Positions 51,440 through 61,631 are shown, counted from the stretch's first letter. The stretch: DNA of 64,000 nt from an uncultured Acidobacteriota bacterium (GCA_963743425.1 CAVUPU010000001.1:32150-96149); one strand, 5' to 3'. Numbers and translations are program-made. The notes: generated by a model not told the origin, from the letters alone.

Positions 51440-52891
51440 CTATGACAGCCGATAACTGATTTTTTGCCAGTCGCGCTCAAACTTCCTTCCTGCAAAATGG
51501 AGTGAGCCGAGATAAGCAAGGGTCGTCAATGATAGGACGGCGACGAACTTGGCGGCCAGCAGATTCGAGTTGAATCGAGTCAGGTAGATGATCACGACGC
51601 CTGGCAACGAACATAACACCATGCCGGCCAATCCGACAATCAGGGAACCGCCCGACGTCGTGTGATAGAACCGCATTTTGAAGGGCACGCTTACCGAGAC
51701 CAGGTTCCCCCACGCCAGATAGGCCAAAGACAACGCCGCCGCTTCAATCAAGCCGAAGGAGACTTCCCGCCAGCCCAATCTCCAGAATGCGAAAGGCAGC
51801 GTCACGGAGAGTTGAACCGCGACGATGGCCGCGAATCCCAGATTTTTGCCGAGCAGAATGTCTCTTCCCCTGAGCGGGAAAAGCAGGTAACGGTTGATCT
51901 CCGACGGCGTGTCCAGTCCGAAACTATTCCACGATGGTCCCGTGTTCATTGTGAACAGGATCAAAATGATTGCCTGGTAAGTGAGCGGATGAGGCGTGAC
52001 GAGCCAGAAGACTTGACTGTAGGCCAGCGTGAACAACAAACCCATCCAGGAACCGGGCAGTTTGCGAAAGTAACTCTGCTCTTTGCGGACGAGGCTGCCA
52101 AATCTGCCGGGTAACCTGAAAAGACTGGCGGTGTGGTTGGCGGGAGGCCGAATGACTTCCTCATCGGAGAGGCTGCGACGGAAGCTCCAGCGGAGCAGCA
52201 GGAGCGCGAGCGCGACGCAACCCGTGAGCGACATCGTTGAGATCAAAGCTGTCCTGTAGTCCATCGCAACAGCAGCCCTGGTAACCAGGTGAATGGGCGT
52301 GAACTGAACCACTGACGCCAGCCGCTGCGCCGCCTCTTTGCCGCCAGTGAACAATGCGGCTCCGAGCAGAATAATGACGACCGGCGCTGCAATCATCAGT
52401 CTTCTTCTCAGCGCGGCGCTGCTCATCATGTGAGACAAACTCAGCCCCAGGCTCGCGGCCAGCGTGAAGAAAAGGATTGCGGCTACGATTCCGATGAATG
52501 GGCGCGGCGACGCAAGGAGCGACATGGCGGTCAGCAGCGAGGCAACCGTTAAGATCATCGCCGCCGGCCCCATGAAAAACGAAACGATTCTGATCCGGAG
52601 CATAGAGTTGGCGCCAAGAGGAAACCTGATCAGGTTTTTGGGACGGATGCTGATGCGCGAATCCTCGACCAGCGGGTAGTGCCAGGCAATAGCAAGCGCG
52701 AACAGGAGTAGCTCCATGCCGGCGGCTCGGCCGACTGCCAGCTCGCGCGCGGCCTGCGGCAGCTTTAAGATGAACAGGGCGCCGAACAGCAACAGAAGAA
52801 GCGCATCGAGTTCCGCCAGTTGACCTCCGCGGATATAGCGCCGCCAATAAGCCTTCCACTGGTATTTGAGGATGAGCCTTACCCCAGCCAC
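51440..52891 (-). CDS. ABC-2-type transporter permease (polytopic membrane protein)
   Basis: About 10 hydrophobic helices. 13-bp overlap with the upstream ATPase gene. Confidence 0.6.
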   Translation of the reverse strand: MAGVRLILKYQWKAYWRRYIRGGQLAELDALLLLLFGALFILKLPQAARELAVGRAAGMELLLFALAIAWHYPLVEDSRISIRPKNLIRFPLGANSMLRIRIVSFFMGPAAMILTVASLLTAMSLLASPRPFIGIVAAILFFTLAASLGLSLSHMMSSAALRRRLMIAAPVVIILLGAALFTGGKEAAQRLASVVQFTPIHLVTRAAVAMDYRTALISTMSLTGCVALALLLLRWSFRRSLSDEEVIRPPANHTASLFRLPGRFGSLVRKEQSYFRKLPGSWMGLLFTLAYSQVFWLVTPHPLTYQAIILILFTMNTGPSWNSFGLDTPSEINRYLLFPLRGRDILLGKNLGFAAIVAVQLSVTLPFAFWRLGWREVSFGLIEAAALSLAYLAWGNLVSVSVPFKMRFYHTTSGGSLIVGLAGMVLCSLPGVVIIYLTRFNSNLLAAKFVAVLSLTTLAYLGSLHFAGRKFERDWQKISYRLS

Positions 52892-53661
52892 GCCATCTCC
52901 TCCGGCGCCGGACGGCCCGCAAACTGAAAATAGACGTCTTCGAGCGTCCGGCCCGCGCCGATGGTCTCTTCGACTGTTTGCTGGCAGACGATCTCGCCGT
53001 CAATGATGATGGCGTACTGGCCGACCAGCCGCTCCACGACTTCGAGGATGTGAGAGGTCAGAAAGATCGTGACGCCTTTCTGCGCCAGCATCAGCAGCAG
53101 GTCTTTGATGTTGCGCGACGATCCCGGATCAATGCCTTCGAACGGCTCGTCCAGGAACAGGACTCGCGGGTTGTGAAGCAGCGCCATCGCCAACGCGCAC
53201 TTCTTGCGCATCCCGAATGAAGCCTGCTCGACGTAAGTCCCGCGCTCTTGCCACAGGTCCAGATGCCGAAGGAGCTGTGTCGCCCTCGCTTCAGTCTCTT
53301 CGGGCTTCAACCCGTAAAGCGGCCCGCTCATCTCCAGGTGCTCCCAGATCGTCAGCGCGCGAAAGAGCGCATCGTCTTCAAGTAGCGCGCCGATCTTGCT
53401 TTTGAGCGAGACGTTCTCAACGGCTACAGGCTCGCCGGCGATCAGAATCTCTCCCGCCGTCGGCGTGAGCAAGCCGGTCAGCAGCTTCACGGTGGTTGAT
53501 TTGCCCGAACCGTTCGGCCCCAGAAAGCCGAAGATCGTCCCGCGCGGTACCCGGAGATTCAGATCGCGCACCGCAGTGAAGGAGCCGAACTTTTTTGTCA
53601 GCCCACGCGCTTCAATGTCCCAAGCTTCCATCTTTAGATTCTTTCTGCATTTTGTGATCAT
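52879..53661 (-). CDS. ABC transporter ATP-binding protein
   Basis: Walker A GPNGSGKST. Degenerate signature SFGMRKK. Walker B LFLDEPFEGID. Confidence 0.85.
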   Translation of the reverse strand: MITKCRKNLKMEAWDIEARGLTKKFGSFTAVRDLNLRVPRGTIFGFLGPNGSGKSTTVKLLTGLLTPTAGEILIAGEPVAVENVSLKSKIGALLEDDALFRALTIWEHLEMSGPLYGLKPEETEARATQLLRHLDLWQERGTYVEQASFGMRKKCALAMALLHNPRVLFLDEPFEGIDPGSSRNIKDLLLMLAQKGVTIFLTSHILEVVERLVGQYAIIIDGEIVCQQTVEETIGAGRTLEDVYFQFAGRPAPEEMAWLG

Positions 53662-53850
53662 CGCCTCGGCGCTCGCTGCGTGCGCGGCAGGATAACAGAC
53701 CAGCCATCTTCATTGAACAGTGGTGATACGATGTGTAAGGCGCGCCTTTCACGCCGAGCAACCTGTTGTTCAGCTTGGCGGCGGCAATGAGCGCGCATTC
53801 TCGTTGGCCTTGACAACCTTCGCCTGCAGCGCCCCCTAGGAAGTTGCAGG

Positions 53851-53941
53851 TGGTACAGTACGGGGAGCGTAAGCGACCTGAGCCCCGGTCAATAGGCCCA
53901 TTGATCGGGGCTCAGGTCGCTTATGCTCCCCGTACTGTACC
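53851..53941. repeat. GTAC-type perfect hairpin (GGTACAGTACGGGGAGCGTAAGCGACCTGAGCCCCG...) in a divergent promoter region
   Basis: Direct reading. It shares GTACAGTAC...GCGTAAGC with the element at 15833. Confidence 0.8.
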
Positions 53942-54066
53942 GATTTTTTTCTGTCCGGTCTTCTTGCTTTCTGCGACGCTGTCAGCAAAGATCAGCGGCG
54001 CGAAAACATAATAAAGACCGATATTCACCGGTTATGGAGGGGGAGGCGAGGCCGTGGCATTGAACT

Positions 54067-54825
54067 ATGTCGGCCTCTACTTCAAACAAAAAATCTGTCC
54101 ACGCGGCGGCTGGCTGCTTCACTTCGACGCAATGGAGTCTGGTGCTGGCCGCCGGGCGGCGTTCGACGCCCGAAGCCGAGCAGGCTTTGGCGGAATTGTG
54201 CGGCGCCTACTGGCCGCCGATATACGCCTATCTGCGGCGGAGAGGCTACCCGGCGCCGGAGGCCGAAGACCTGACGCAGAGCTTCTTCGTCCGGCTCCTG
54301 GAGAAGAACTATCTGCGTGACGCCAGGCGCGAGCGCGGTAAGTTCCGCTCGTTCCTGCTGACCTCGCTCAAACATTTCCTCGCCAACGAATGGGACCGCG
54401 CGCAGGCTCGGAAGCGCGGCGGCCAGCTTCAATTCATCAGCCTGGAAGAGATCGCCTCGCAAGAGAGCATGCGCCCGCTCGATCCGCAGACGCTGACCCC
54501 GGAAGAACAATTCGAACGGCAATGGGCGCTGACGGCGCTCAACCGGGTGATTGCGCGATTGGGAGAGGAGTATAAGGACGCGGGCAAAGCGCGTCTTTTC
54601 GAGAATCTGAAAGACTTTCTGATCGGAGCCGACGGCCTGCCTTACCAACAAGTGGCCGCCGCTCTGGAGATGAGCGAGGGAGCGGTCAAAACGGCTGTTC
54701 ACCGCTTGCGCAGTCGCTTCCGCAAACTGTTGCGCGCAGAGATCGCAGAGACTCTCCCTCGTCCCGATGATCCGGCTGAGGTTGATGGAGAGATTCGCTA
54801 CCTCCTCAAAACGCTCGGTGCGTAA
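54067..54825 (+). CDS. ECF-type sigma-70 family sigma factor (kinase-associated ECF group, long C-terminus)
   Basis: TSTQWSLVLAA region-2-like N-terminus. Region-4 HTH (QQVAAALEMSEGAVKTAVHRLR). Followed by a Ser/Thr kinase gene. Confidence 0.7.
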   Translation: MSASTSNKKSVHAAAGCFTSTQWSLVLAAGRRSTPEAEQALAELCGAYWPPIYAYLRRRGYPAPEAEDLTQSFFVRLLEKNYLRDARRERGKFRSFLLTSLKHFLANEWDRAQARKRGGQLQFISLEEIASQESMRPLDPQTLTPEEQFERQWALTALNRVIARLGEEYKDAGKARLFENLKDFLIGADGLPYQQVAAALEMSEGAVKTAVHRLRSRFRKLLRAEIAETLPRPDDPAEVDGEIRYLLKTLGA

Positions 54826-54885
54826 AATTTTTCCTCGTTGACCTGTAACCTTTCGCCCCGTTTGCTTCAGTAAGAAGTGTAATCG

Positions 54886-54996
54886 TTTTCTCTTTTCCAT
54901 TTTCCGCTTGTCATTATTCCATTTGTCATTGTGTATCGGCGCAACCCGGCAATGGCGCCTGAAAAATGGCAAGTGGAAAATGGAAAATGAACAAGG
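54886..54996. repeat. imperfect palindrome of heptamer repeats (TTTCCAT / TTGTCATT ... AATGGCA / GGAAAAT) upstream of the kinase gene
   Basis: Direct reading. It is related in motif content to the element at 23433-23531. Confidence 0.7.
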
Positions 54997-55007
54997 AGGG
55001 CCGTCCG

Positions 55008-56504
55008 ATGACCGAATCCGGTCTTTGCCCACGCTGCCAGGTTGCATTAACCGCCGACGCCCCCGCCGGTTTGTGTCCGAAATGTCTGATGGGAATGGCG
55101 CTCGATCTCTCGGCCGAGCCTTCTGAAGGCTTGCCAGACGGGGGTTCTGTCGCGGACGCGCCGATTCCCGAGAGCGACCGCTCCTTCGGCGATTACGAGT
55201 TGTTGGGGCGGATCGCGCGCGGCGGGATGGGGGTTATCTACAAGGCGCGTCAGATCTGCCTCAACCGCGTTGTCGCGGTCAAGATGATGTTGCCCGGGCT
55301 GCTCTTTTCCGAAGCCGAAGCGAGTCGCTTCCAGACCGAGGCCGAGGTCATCGCCAACCTGCGCCATCCCAATATCGTGGCTGTTCACGAAGTGGGCGCG
55401 CACGACGGCCAGCGATATTACTCGATGGACTATGTCGAGGGTCAGAGCCTGGCCGCGGTCGTCAGAGATCACCCGCTTCCGGCGCGGACTGCGGCGCGCT
55501 ATGTCAAGGTGATCGCAGATGCCATTCATTACGCGCACCAGCAGGGCATTCTGCACCGCGATTTGAAGCCGTCGAACGTGCTGTTGGACAAAGCCGGGAA
55601 TCCGCGCATCACCGACTTCGGTCTGGCCAAGCGGTTGGGGAGCGATTCGCGACTGACCGCCACCGGAACGGTGCTGGGCACGCCGAGTTATATGCCGCCG
55701 GAACAGGCCGACGGCAAAAGCAGACGCCTCGGCCCGGCCAGCGATGTCTATTCGATCGGCGCGATCCTTTACGAATTGCTGACGGGCCGCCCGCCGTTTC
55801 AAGCGGCGACCCCGCTCGACACCGTCCTGCTCGTCATCAACACGGAACCGATCGCGCCGCGAATGCTCAATCCGAAGCTCTCCCGCGATCTGCAGACGAT
55901 CTGTTTGAAGTGTTTGGATAAGGACCCGCGCTGGCGCTATCAAACGGCGCAGGAGCTGGCTGACGATCTCGACCGCTACCTGAAGCGTGAGCCGATCAAG
56001 GCGCGGCCCATCAACCTCTTGTACCGAGGCTGGCGCTGGTGCCGGCGCAATCCATGGCCGACGACGGCCGCCGCCGCCCTGATCCTTGCGATATTGATGA
56101 CGTCGCTCTGGGCCATCGGGTGGCGACGGATGAAGGCGATGACCGAGCAGCGAGCCTGGCAATCGTTGTTTGAACAGGTCTGGTCGGGACGGGTTGCAAA
56201 CAATCTCGCGGAATCGCTCAAGGCGCCGGCCCAGGCGCCGCTTATCAAAAGCCCTGATGGCCGCCTGCTCGCTTCGAGCGCTGAAGATCATCGCGCAATC
56301 CGACTGCTGGAAGTCTCGACCGGGCGCGAATTGGCCCGATGGGAGGCGCACCAGGTCGGCGTTACCGCCCTGGCCTTCAGCCCGGATGGCCGCACGCTCG
56401 CCTCCGGTAGCGCAGACGGGACGATGAAGCTGTGGGACCTCTCTTCCGTCCGCGAATTGGCAGGAGTCGTTCAGGTCGTCCGTGACGACGATCTGAAAAA
56501 ATGA
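55008..56504 (+). CDS. Ser/Thr protein kinase with a TM segment and a truncated WD40 tail (only ~2 blades)
   Basis: Hanks motifs: GxGxxG-like GRIARGGMGVIYKA, HRDLKPSNVLL, DFGLAK, APE-type PPE. The C-terminus has two WD repeats (LASGSADGTMKLWDL). Start reset to ATG 55008 with RBS AGGAGGG. Confidence 0.85.
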   Translation: MTESGLCPRCQVALTADAPAGLCPKCLMGMALDLSAEPSEGLPDGGSVADAPIPESDRSFGDYELLGRIARGGMGVIYKARQICLNRVVAVKMMLPGLLFSEAEASRFQTEAEVIANLRHPNIVAVHEVGAHDGQRYYSMDYVEGQSLAAVVRDHPLPARTAARYVKVIADAIHYAHQQGILHRDLKPSNVLLDKAGNPRITDFGLAKRLGSDSRLTATGTVLGTPSYMPPEQADGKSRRLGPASDVYSIGAILYELLTGRPPFQAATPLDTVLLVINTEPIAPRMLNPKLSRDLQTICLKCLDKDPRWRYQTAQELADDLDRYLKREPIKARPINLLYRGWRWCRRNPWPTTAAAALILAILMTSLWAIGWRRMKAMTEQRAWQSLFEQVWSGRVANNLAESLKAPAQAPLIKSPDGRLLASSAEDHRAIRLLEVSTGRELARWEAHQVGVTALAFSPDGRTLASGSADGTMKLWDLSSVRELAGVVQVVRDDDLKK

Positions 56505-56549
56505 AAACGGCGCTAGAGGAAATTCCAATACCTTTACAGGAGAGAATTT

Positions 56550-57122
56550 ATGCGAAAAATGTTGTTCTTCGTTCTGGCCGCGGCGGCTTTGTTGTTGATG
56601 GTTCCGGCGCAAAATGCGCAGGCGCAATCGGAGACGCCGAAGGTCGAAATTGGCGCGCATTACACACATTTGCGCCTGCCCGATTTCGAGACCGGCGATC
56701 ACGGAGTGGGATTACGCCTCACCTTGAATGTCACGGACAGCTTCGGGATCGAGGGCGAGTTCAGTTCCTTCCCCAGGGGGCGCGACAATTTAGCCGCTCC
56801 CACCGGTTTCAGTGGCGTCAGCCAAAGAACGCTGGCTCTGTTCGGTATGAAGTACGGGATGCGCTCCGAGAGGGCAGGCATCTTCGGCAAAATCAGACCC
56901 GGATTCATGCATTTCGGCGAAAACTCGCTAGACATTCCGTTCACTCCGCCGATACCAACCACAACCGAATTCGCGCTCGATATCGGCGGAGTTTTTGAAT
57001 TATATCCTTCGCGGCGCGTCGCATTTCGCTTTGACGTAGGCGATACAATCATCCGCTTCGGCGGACTGGGTTTTACCTCACATAATCTGCAAATCACCAC
57101 CGGCATCGCGGTGCGATTCTGA
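56550..57122 (+). CDS. outer-membrane beta-barrel protein (OmpW/OmpA-barrel-like)
   Basis: Signal peptide. Alternating amphipathic strands. C-terminal ...GIAVRF with a terminal Phe. Confidence 0.7.
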   Translation: MRKMLFFVLAAAALLLMVPAQNAQAQSETPKVEIGAHYTHLRLPDFETGDHGVGLRLTLNVTDSFGIEGEFSSFPRGRDNLAAPTGFSGVSQRTLALFGMKYGMRSERAGIFGKIRPGFMHFGENSLDIPFTPPIPTTTEFALDIGGVFELYPSRRVAFRFDVGDTIIRFGGLGFTSHNLQITTGIAVRF

Positions 57123-57245
57123 AGCTGAAAAAGACCGTCGCAACCGTGGTCCTCCGGCGGCCCCTTTCCGGCTTAGCCTGTGCGCGTCAAATTCCCGATT
57201 ATTGAAACGTTCACCCCGTATCACAACCGTAACAAAGGAGAATAA

Positions 57246-57837
57246 ATGAAGAAATTGTCGCTCTTAGCCTTACTAATGGTTCTCTCGCTTCCACTGATGG
57301 CGTCAGCGCAGGAGGAGGCGCCCAAAGCCGAGATTTTCGGCGGCTACTCGTTTCTGCGGGTCAATCTCGGCGAGGGATTTGATAGCGTCACCGGGCATGG
57401 ATTTAACTTATCGGTCGCCGGGAATATCACCAAAAACATTGGCATCGTCGGCGAATTCGCCCGGTACAGCAAATCGGATGCGCTCGGTGATGTTTTTAAC
57501 GACCCGAGTCTAAACCTGATCGAACGTTGATGCCAGCGTCCAAACCTACCTTTTCGGACCACGCTTTACTGTTCGCACAGGAAAGGCGGAGCCATTTTTT
57601 CACGGCCTGGTCGGCGCGGTGCGCGCCAGCGCGGAGGCTTCGACCATCGGGGTGACGGAGCAGGCGTCGGGCTACGCTTTCGCTTACGCGCTGGGAGGCG
57701 GAGTCAACGTCAAGGTGCATGACAATTTCGCCATTCGCATCGCCCAACTGGATTACCTGCAAGCCAGGGTCGATGGTGAAGGGATAAACAGCTTACGGTA
57801 CTCGGTCGGGGTCGTCATCCGTCTGGGCAAGCGGTGA
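57246..57837 (+). CDS. second outer-membrane beta-barrel paralog with an apparent +1 frame break at ~57525
   Basis: ORF 57246-57530 (signal peptide, EIFGGYSFLRV) continues in frame 1 as ...DASVQTYLFGPRFTVRTGKAEPFFHGLVGAVRA... to 57837. Confidence 0.55.
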
Positions 57838-58030
57838 CTCTCGATGGTCGAGGATCGCGTCATTTGGAAATCGCGCTGCCCGTTTGTATCAACAAGCGTG
57901 AGACACCCGGACAAGCCCGTGGCATCTCACGCCGTGTGGCCTGATTTAATTCTCAAAGGCCATATGTTGCACTGCCCCCGCCATTGGCCTGACTTTTCGC
58001 TGATTCTACTTATTCAGTTTAACGGCCTTG

Positions 58031-58205
58031 ATCATCGTTTCGGCCACTGGCGAGATTGGAACAGCAGGAACCGCGGATTTTCACGGATGCCACGGATTGT
58101 CACGGATAATCCGCATTGATCCGTCGCATCCGTGAAAATCCGCGGTTGCTCATCGTCCTGATGTGGCCGGCTCTGATTTGGATAAGTGGCCGAAACGATG
58201 ATCAA
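58031..58205. repeat. nested inverted-repeat element: outer 19-bp IR TGATCATCGTTTCGGCCAC / GTGGCCGAAACGATGATCA enclosing a hairpin with 20-bp perfect arms and internal CACGGAT repeats
   Basis: Direct reading. It is MITE-like. It lies immediately upstream of the BNR gene and overlaps that gene's listed 5' extension. Confidence 0.75.
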
Positions 58206-58230
58206 CGCCAGTTTAACCAAAGGAACGACT

Positions 58231-59301
58231 ATGAAAGAGCGAAGACGGATTTTCCTATTAACACTTCTCTCGATCGTGTTTTTGTGGCCTGACCAGAAAC
58301 TAACAGCCTCCACTAGCCAGGCCGAAGCTCAGTCATCTGCGCCAGTCCGCATTAGCGACGATAACGGCGACGACGAAGATCCATCGGTCATGCTCGCCCG
58401 GGATGGACGGTTTTACGTGGCCTGGTCGTCGAAGCGGCAAAACGGAGTCAATATTTACATCAAGAGTTCAGAGGATGGCCGGACCTGGTCCACTGAGGAG
58501 CAAGTGACATTCGGTCCTGGCGAAGACTACTATACCTCCCTTGCGCAGACCAGGGATGGGACGTTTCACATCGCATGGTTCCGGCTCGAACGAGAGCAGG
58601 CAGACATTGACATTTGGTATTCGCGCTCGCAGGATGCGCGAACCTGGACGACCCCGGTACAAATTGCCGGTAGTCCGAAAGTGGAATGGGCGCCCAGCAT
58701 CCACGTGGATTCGCGCGACGCTCTCCGCATCGTCTGGTCTTCAGGCAAGACTGGCAATCGGGAGCTGTACGTATCCAGGTCTGATGATGGCGGCCGCCAG
58801 TGGTCTTGCGAGCGGCAGATCACGCAGAGCGACGAGGAGGACGATTTCCCTCATATGATCGAAACCTCCAAAGGGGAATGGATTCTGGCCTGGACGCGGT
58901 ACCGGAAAGGATCGCCTCTGCTCGACTACATCAAGGACGCCTCGGCTGAGATTGTGATCGCGCGATCGCGGGACTCCTTGAACTGGTCCGTTCCTGAAGT
59001 GTCGGCGCCGAAGGATGAAAATGGGCGCCATATGGATTTGCTGCCGTTTGTCTTCGAAGACGCCGCCAGCGGGCAGTTGTATCTCAGTTGGACCTCCTCG
59101 CGATCCAATCTCTGGGGCAATATTCTTCTGCGCAACCTGGCGTCGGAAGCGTCGGCTTACCGCCTTCTCACCACCGAGCAGACGCGCGACTACGACGCGA
59201 AGATCGCGCCGACTAAAATCCCCGGTCAATATCTTATGGTGTGGGTCTCGGACCGCGATGGAAAGAATGAAATCTATTCCCGGACTTTCCATCTACAGTA
59301 G
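58231..59301 (+). CDS. BNR/Asp-box repeat protein (sialidase-like beta-propeller), secreted
   Basis: Signal peptide. Four Asp-box motifs SxDxGxTW: SEDGRTWS, SQDARTWT, SDDGGRQWS, SRDSLNWS. Confidence 0.7.
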   Translation: MKERRRIFLLTLLSIVFLWPDQKLTASTSQAEAQSSAPVRISDDNGDDEDPSVMLARDGRFYVAWSSKRQNGVNIYIKSSEDGRTWSTEEQVTFGPGEDYYTSLAQTRDGTFHIAWFRLEREQADIDIWYSRSQDARTWTTPVQIAGSPKVEWAPSIHVDSRDALRIVWSSGKTGNRELYVSRSDDGGRQWSCERQITQSDEEDDFPHMIETSKGEWILAWTRYRKGSPLLDYIKDASAEIVIARSRDSLNWSVPEVSAPKDENGRHMDLLPFVFEDAASGQLYLSWTSSRSNLWGNILLRNLASEASAYRLLTTEQTRDYDAKIAPTKIPGQYLMVWVSDRDGKNEIYSRTFHLQ

Positions 59302-59370
59302 CGCCCGATGCGTTTTGGCGCATTCAGGGTAACTGAATACTTTTCCCGCCCCCCAAAACTGGAGGAACAT

Positions 59371-60918
59371 ATGCAAGACACCCGACGCTTTGCGAAACTC
59401 AGGCGCGCTCTCGGTTTGAGAGCGACTACCTGCCGCTTTTTGATCGCAGCCCTGGTCTTCACACTGCTGATACCGCTCACGGATTGCAAGGTGACAAAGA
59501 CTGTTCGATTGGATCCGTCAGTTGTGAAGGAACCCGGAAAAGAGAAAATCGTCGGGGTCACGACCGCCGATGGCCAGGACGTTCGCTTCGATCAGAGCGG
59601 AGCTACGGTGAGAGGCGACACTCTCCTGGCATCCGTCAATGGAGCGCCATATCAGATCACCCTCGACCGGGTGCAGCGGTACTGGGTTGAACGAAAAGAA
59701 ACGTCGAAGGCGCGCACGATCGGTCTGATCGCCGGCGTGACCGTCGGCGTCCTTGTCGCGGGCGTGGCCATCGCGCTGGCCACCAAGCAGTCCTGCCCCT
59801 TCATCTACTCCTGGAACGGCTCGGAGTTCGTCTTCGACGGCGAGCCATACGGCGGCGCGATCACGCGCGGTCTGGAGCGAGACGATTATTCCGAACTCGA
59901 AAACCTTCGCGCGGAGAATGGTCTCTATCGTTTGATGGTCACAAATGAAGTGCCGGAAACTCAGTACACCAACCTGATGGAACTGCAGGTGGTTGACCAT
60001 CCGGCGGCGACGAGGGTGGTAGCCGACGAGTGGGGCGGATTTCACGTCCTGGCCGCGCCCCAACGCCTGGCCTCGGCCAGAGACAATCAGGGACGCGATA
60101 TGCTGCCCTGGTTGGCGACGACCGATCGGGCCGTCTGGGAAGCTCCTCCGGTTCCGGACGCCAATGGCGGCGTGCGGCAGGAGATCGTCCTGACTTTTCC
60201 GAAGCCGAAGGGAGCGACGCGCGCCAGGCTGGTGGCGAATGTGGCCACCGGCTTGTGGGGATCGGGTATGATCAAAGAGATGCTCATACTTCGAGGCCGC
60301 GATCTGGAGTCCTGGTACGCCACGATGGACGGCGATCGGACGCAATCCGCCGCGCTCTTCGCCTGGATACTCAGAGAAGAGCTGTTCGCGCTCAAGCTCG
60401 AAGTCGAAGAACCCGACGGATGGAAACATCGCGGGACGCTGCCCGGCGGAGGGCCGTTCATCTCTGAAGATCGAGTCGTCGTTCTCGACGTGAGCCGGGC
60501 GACGGGTGATCAACTGCGCGTAAGAATCCGCCCGCCAGTCGGCTTCTGGGCGCTCAACTCTTTCGCCGTCGATTACGGGGCCGATCAAACGCCGATCGTG
60601 GAGAAGGCAAGCCCGATAAAGGCCTGGGATGATGGAAATCGGGATCTGCTGGCCAATTTGTTGAAGACGGATGACGCTTACTACGCCATGCCTAAGGTGG
60701 GCGACCAGGCCTGGGTAAACTTTCCAGCCCCGGCGCCGCGTCCGGGAATGGAACGGACCATCTTTCTGCACAGCCGAGGTTATTATCGGCTCCATCTGAC
60801 CGGCAGCGGAAACCCCGACATTGCCACCCTGGAACAAATCGGCAGTGTCCCTGACGCCGCGGCGCGCTTCGCCATCAAGCGTTACAACGAATGGCGCGTC
60901 GCGCAGGCGTCGAAGTGA
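59371..60918 (+). CDS. hypothetical membrane-anchored/lipoprotein-like protein
   Basis: RBS GGAGG. N-terminal hydrophobic segment with LTDC. One internal TM. No identifiable domain. Confidence 0.5.
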   Translation: MQDTRRFAKLRRALGLRATTCRFLIAALVFTLLIPLTDCKVTKTVRLDPSVVKEPGKEKIVGVTTADGQDVRFDQSGATVRGDTLLASVNGAPYQITLDRVQRYWVERKETSKARTIGLIAGVTVGVLVAGVAIALATKQSCPFIYSWNGSEFVFDGEPYGGAITRGLERDDYSELENLRAENGLYRLMVTNEVPETQYTNLMELQVVDHPAATRVVADEWGGFHVLAAPQRLASARDNQGRDMLPWLATTDRAVWEAPPVPDANGGVRQEIVLTFPKPKGATRARLVANVATGLWGSGMIKEMLILRGRDLESWYATMDGDRTQSAALFAWILREELFALKLEVEEPDGWKHRGTLPGGGPFISEDRVVVLDVSRATGDQLRVRIRPPVGFWALNSFAVDYGADQTPIVEKASPIKAWDDGNRDLLANLLKTDDAYYAMPKVGDQAWVNFPAPAPRPGMERTIFLHSRGYYRLHLTGSGNPDIATLEQIGSVPDAAARFAIKRYNEWRVAQASK

Positions 60919-61295
60919 TGGATGTTCCCATACGCCAGATCTCATTAGATCGATTTGCAAATGCGCGTACGGGGTGTGGCGCGAGTTGTTTACTCGCGCC
61001 TGTTTCCCGATTGGACAAAGCCACAAATAGGGCGATTAAACAAATCGCCCCACACTGTACAAGCATTTGCAAGCCGCCATAGGAAGGGGAACGAGCCTTC
61101 TCGTTCCCCAATCAACAGGCGATGCCGTCATAACCTTATCGGCCATTACGGTTGTGTTGCAAAAAATGAATAGAGACGTAAAAAGTCCGAGCTGCACTCC
61201 AATCTATGCGGCAATCCCGAAGAGATTCGACACGAACTTCACCTGCCTTTGAATCTCACCTCTGCCTATTCCTGCAATTTGCCCCTTCCGAATCA

Positions 61296-61374
61296 AGTTG
61301 TCGGGTAAGGCGATGATGTTGCCATCATCTCCTCCCCTAAGAACGCGCCGTGCGAGTTTCCCCGCAGCACGCTC
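61296..61374 (-). ncRNA. group II intron 3' remnant: domain V (GAGCGUGCUGCGGG-GAAA-CUCGCACGGCGCGUUC) and a probable domain VI hairpin with a bulged A
   Basis: Hand-folded. 14/16-nt strands with a GAAA tetraloop, a 2-nt bulge, an AGC triad and a GUUC end match the domain V consensus. A GAUGAUG-GCAA-CAUCAUC hairpin with a bulged A follows. Confidence 0.5.
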
Positions 61375-61381
61375 AGGCCTT

Positions 61382-61631
61382 TTAAACGCCCTCGATGGAG
61401 GACGCGGTACAACAGCAAGGGCACTCTGCTCGTTTGATCTGCGCGTGCAATTGCCTATGACAGTTTGGATGCATCAAGGTCAAGTTGGCCATTGAGTCAC
61501 ACCCGCCGTTGACCAACCAGACACGATGATGCAAGTGCCAGCCGGTTTCCCGGGTTATCTTTTGGTCGCATTGCGGGCATAAGCCACTTTGATTGAACCA
61601 CAGTTTTAGGAGCTTATCGTACCCGCAGAGA
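61382..61631 (-). pseudogene. C-terminal (HNH/En domain) fragment of a group II intron-encoded protein, interrupted by the IS1-like element
   Basis: CPQCDQKITRETGWHLHHRVWLVNGGCDSMANLTLMHPNCHRQLH is the HNH motif typical of intron RT/maturase C-termini. There is no upstream RT domain. It lies 8 nt from domain V. Confidence 0.5.

Noticed and set aside
56501-56998. 165-aa ORF overlapping the kinase 3' end and the OMP gene.
   Set aside because: It is an out-of-frame overlap with a well-supported OMP beta-barrel ORF. Its composition is Arg-rich and it has no motifs.
61085-61109. GGGGAACGAGCC-TTCTCGTTCCCC hairpin and GGGCGATT-AAACA-AATCGCCC hairpin (61030-61050) considered as additional mobile-element ends.
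   Set aside because: They are short GC hairpins with no partner copy. They are more simply explained as terminator-like stem-loops downstream of the 59371-60918 gene.
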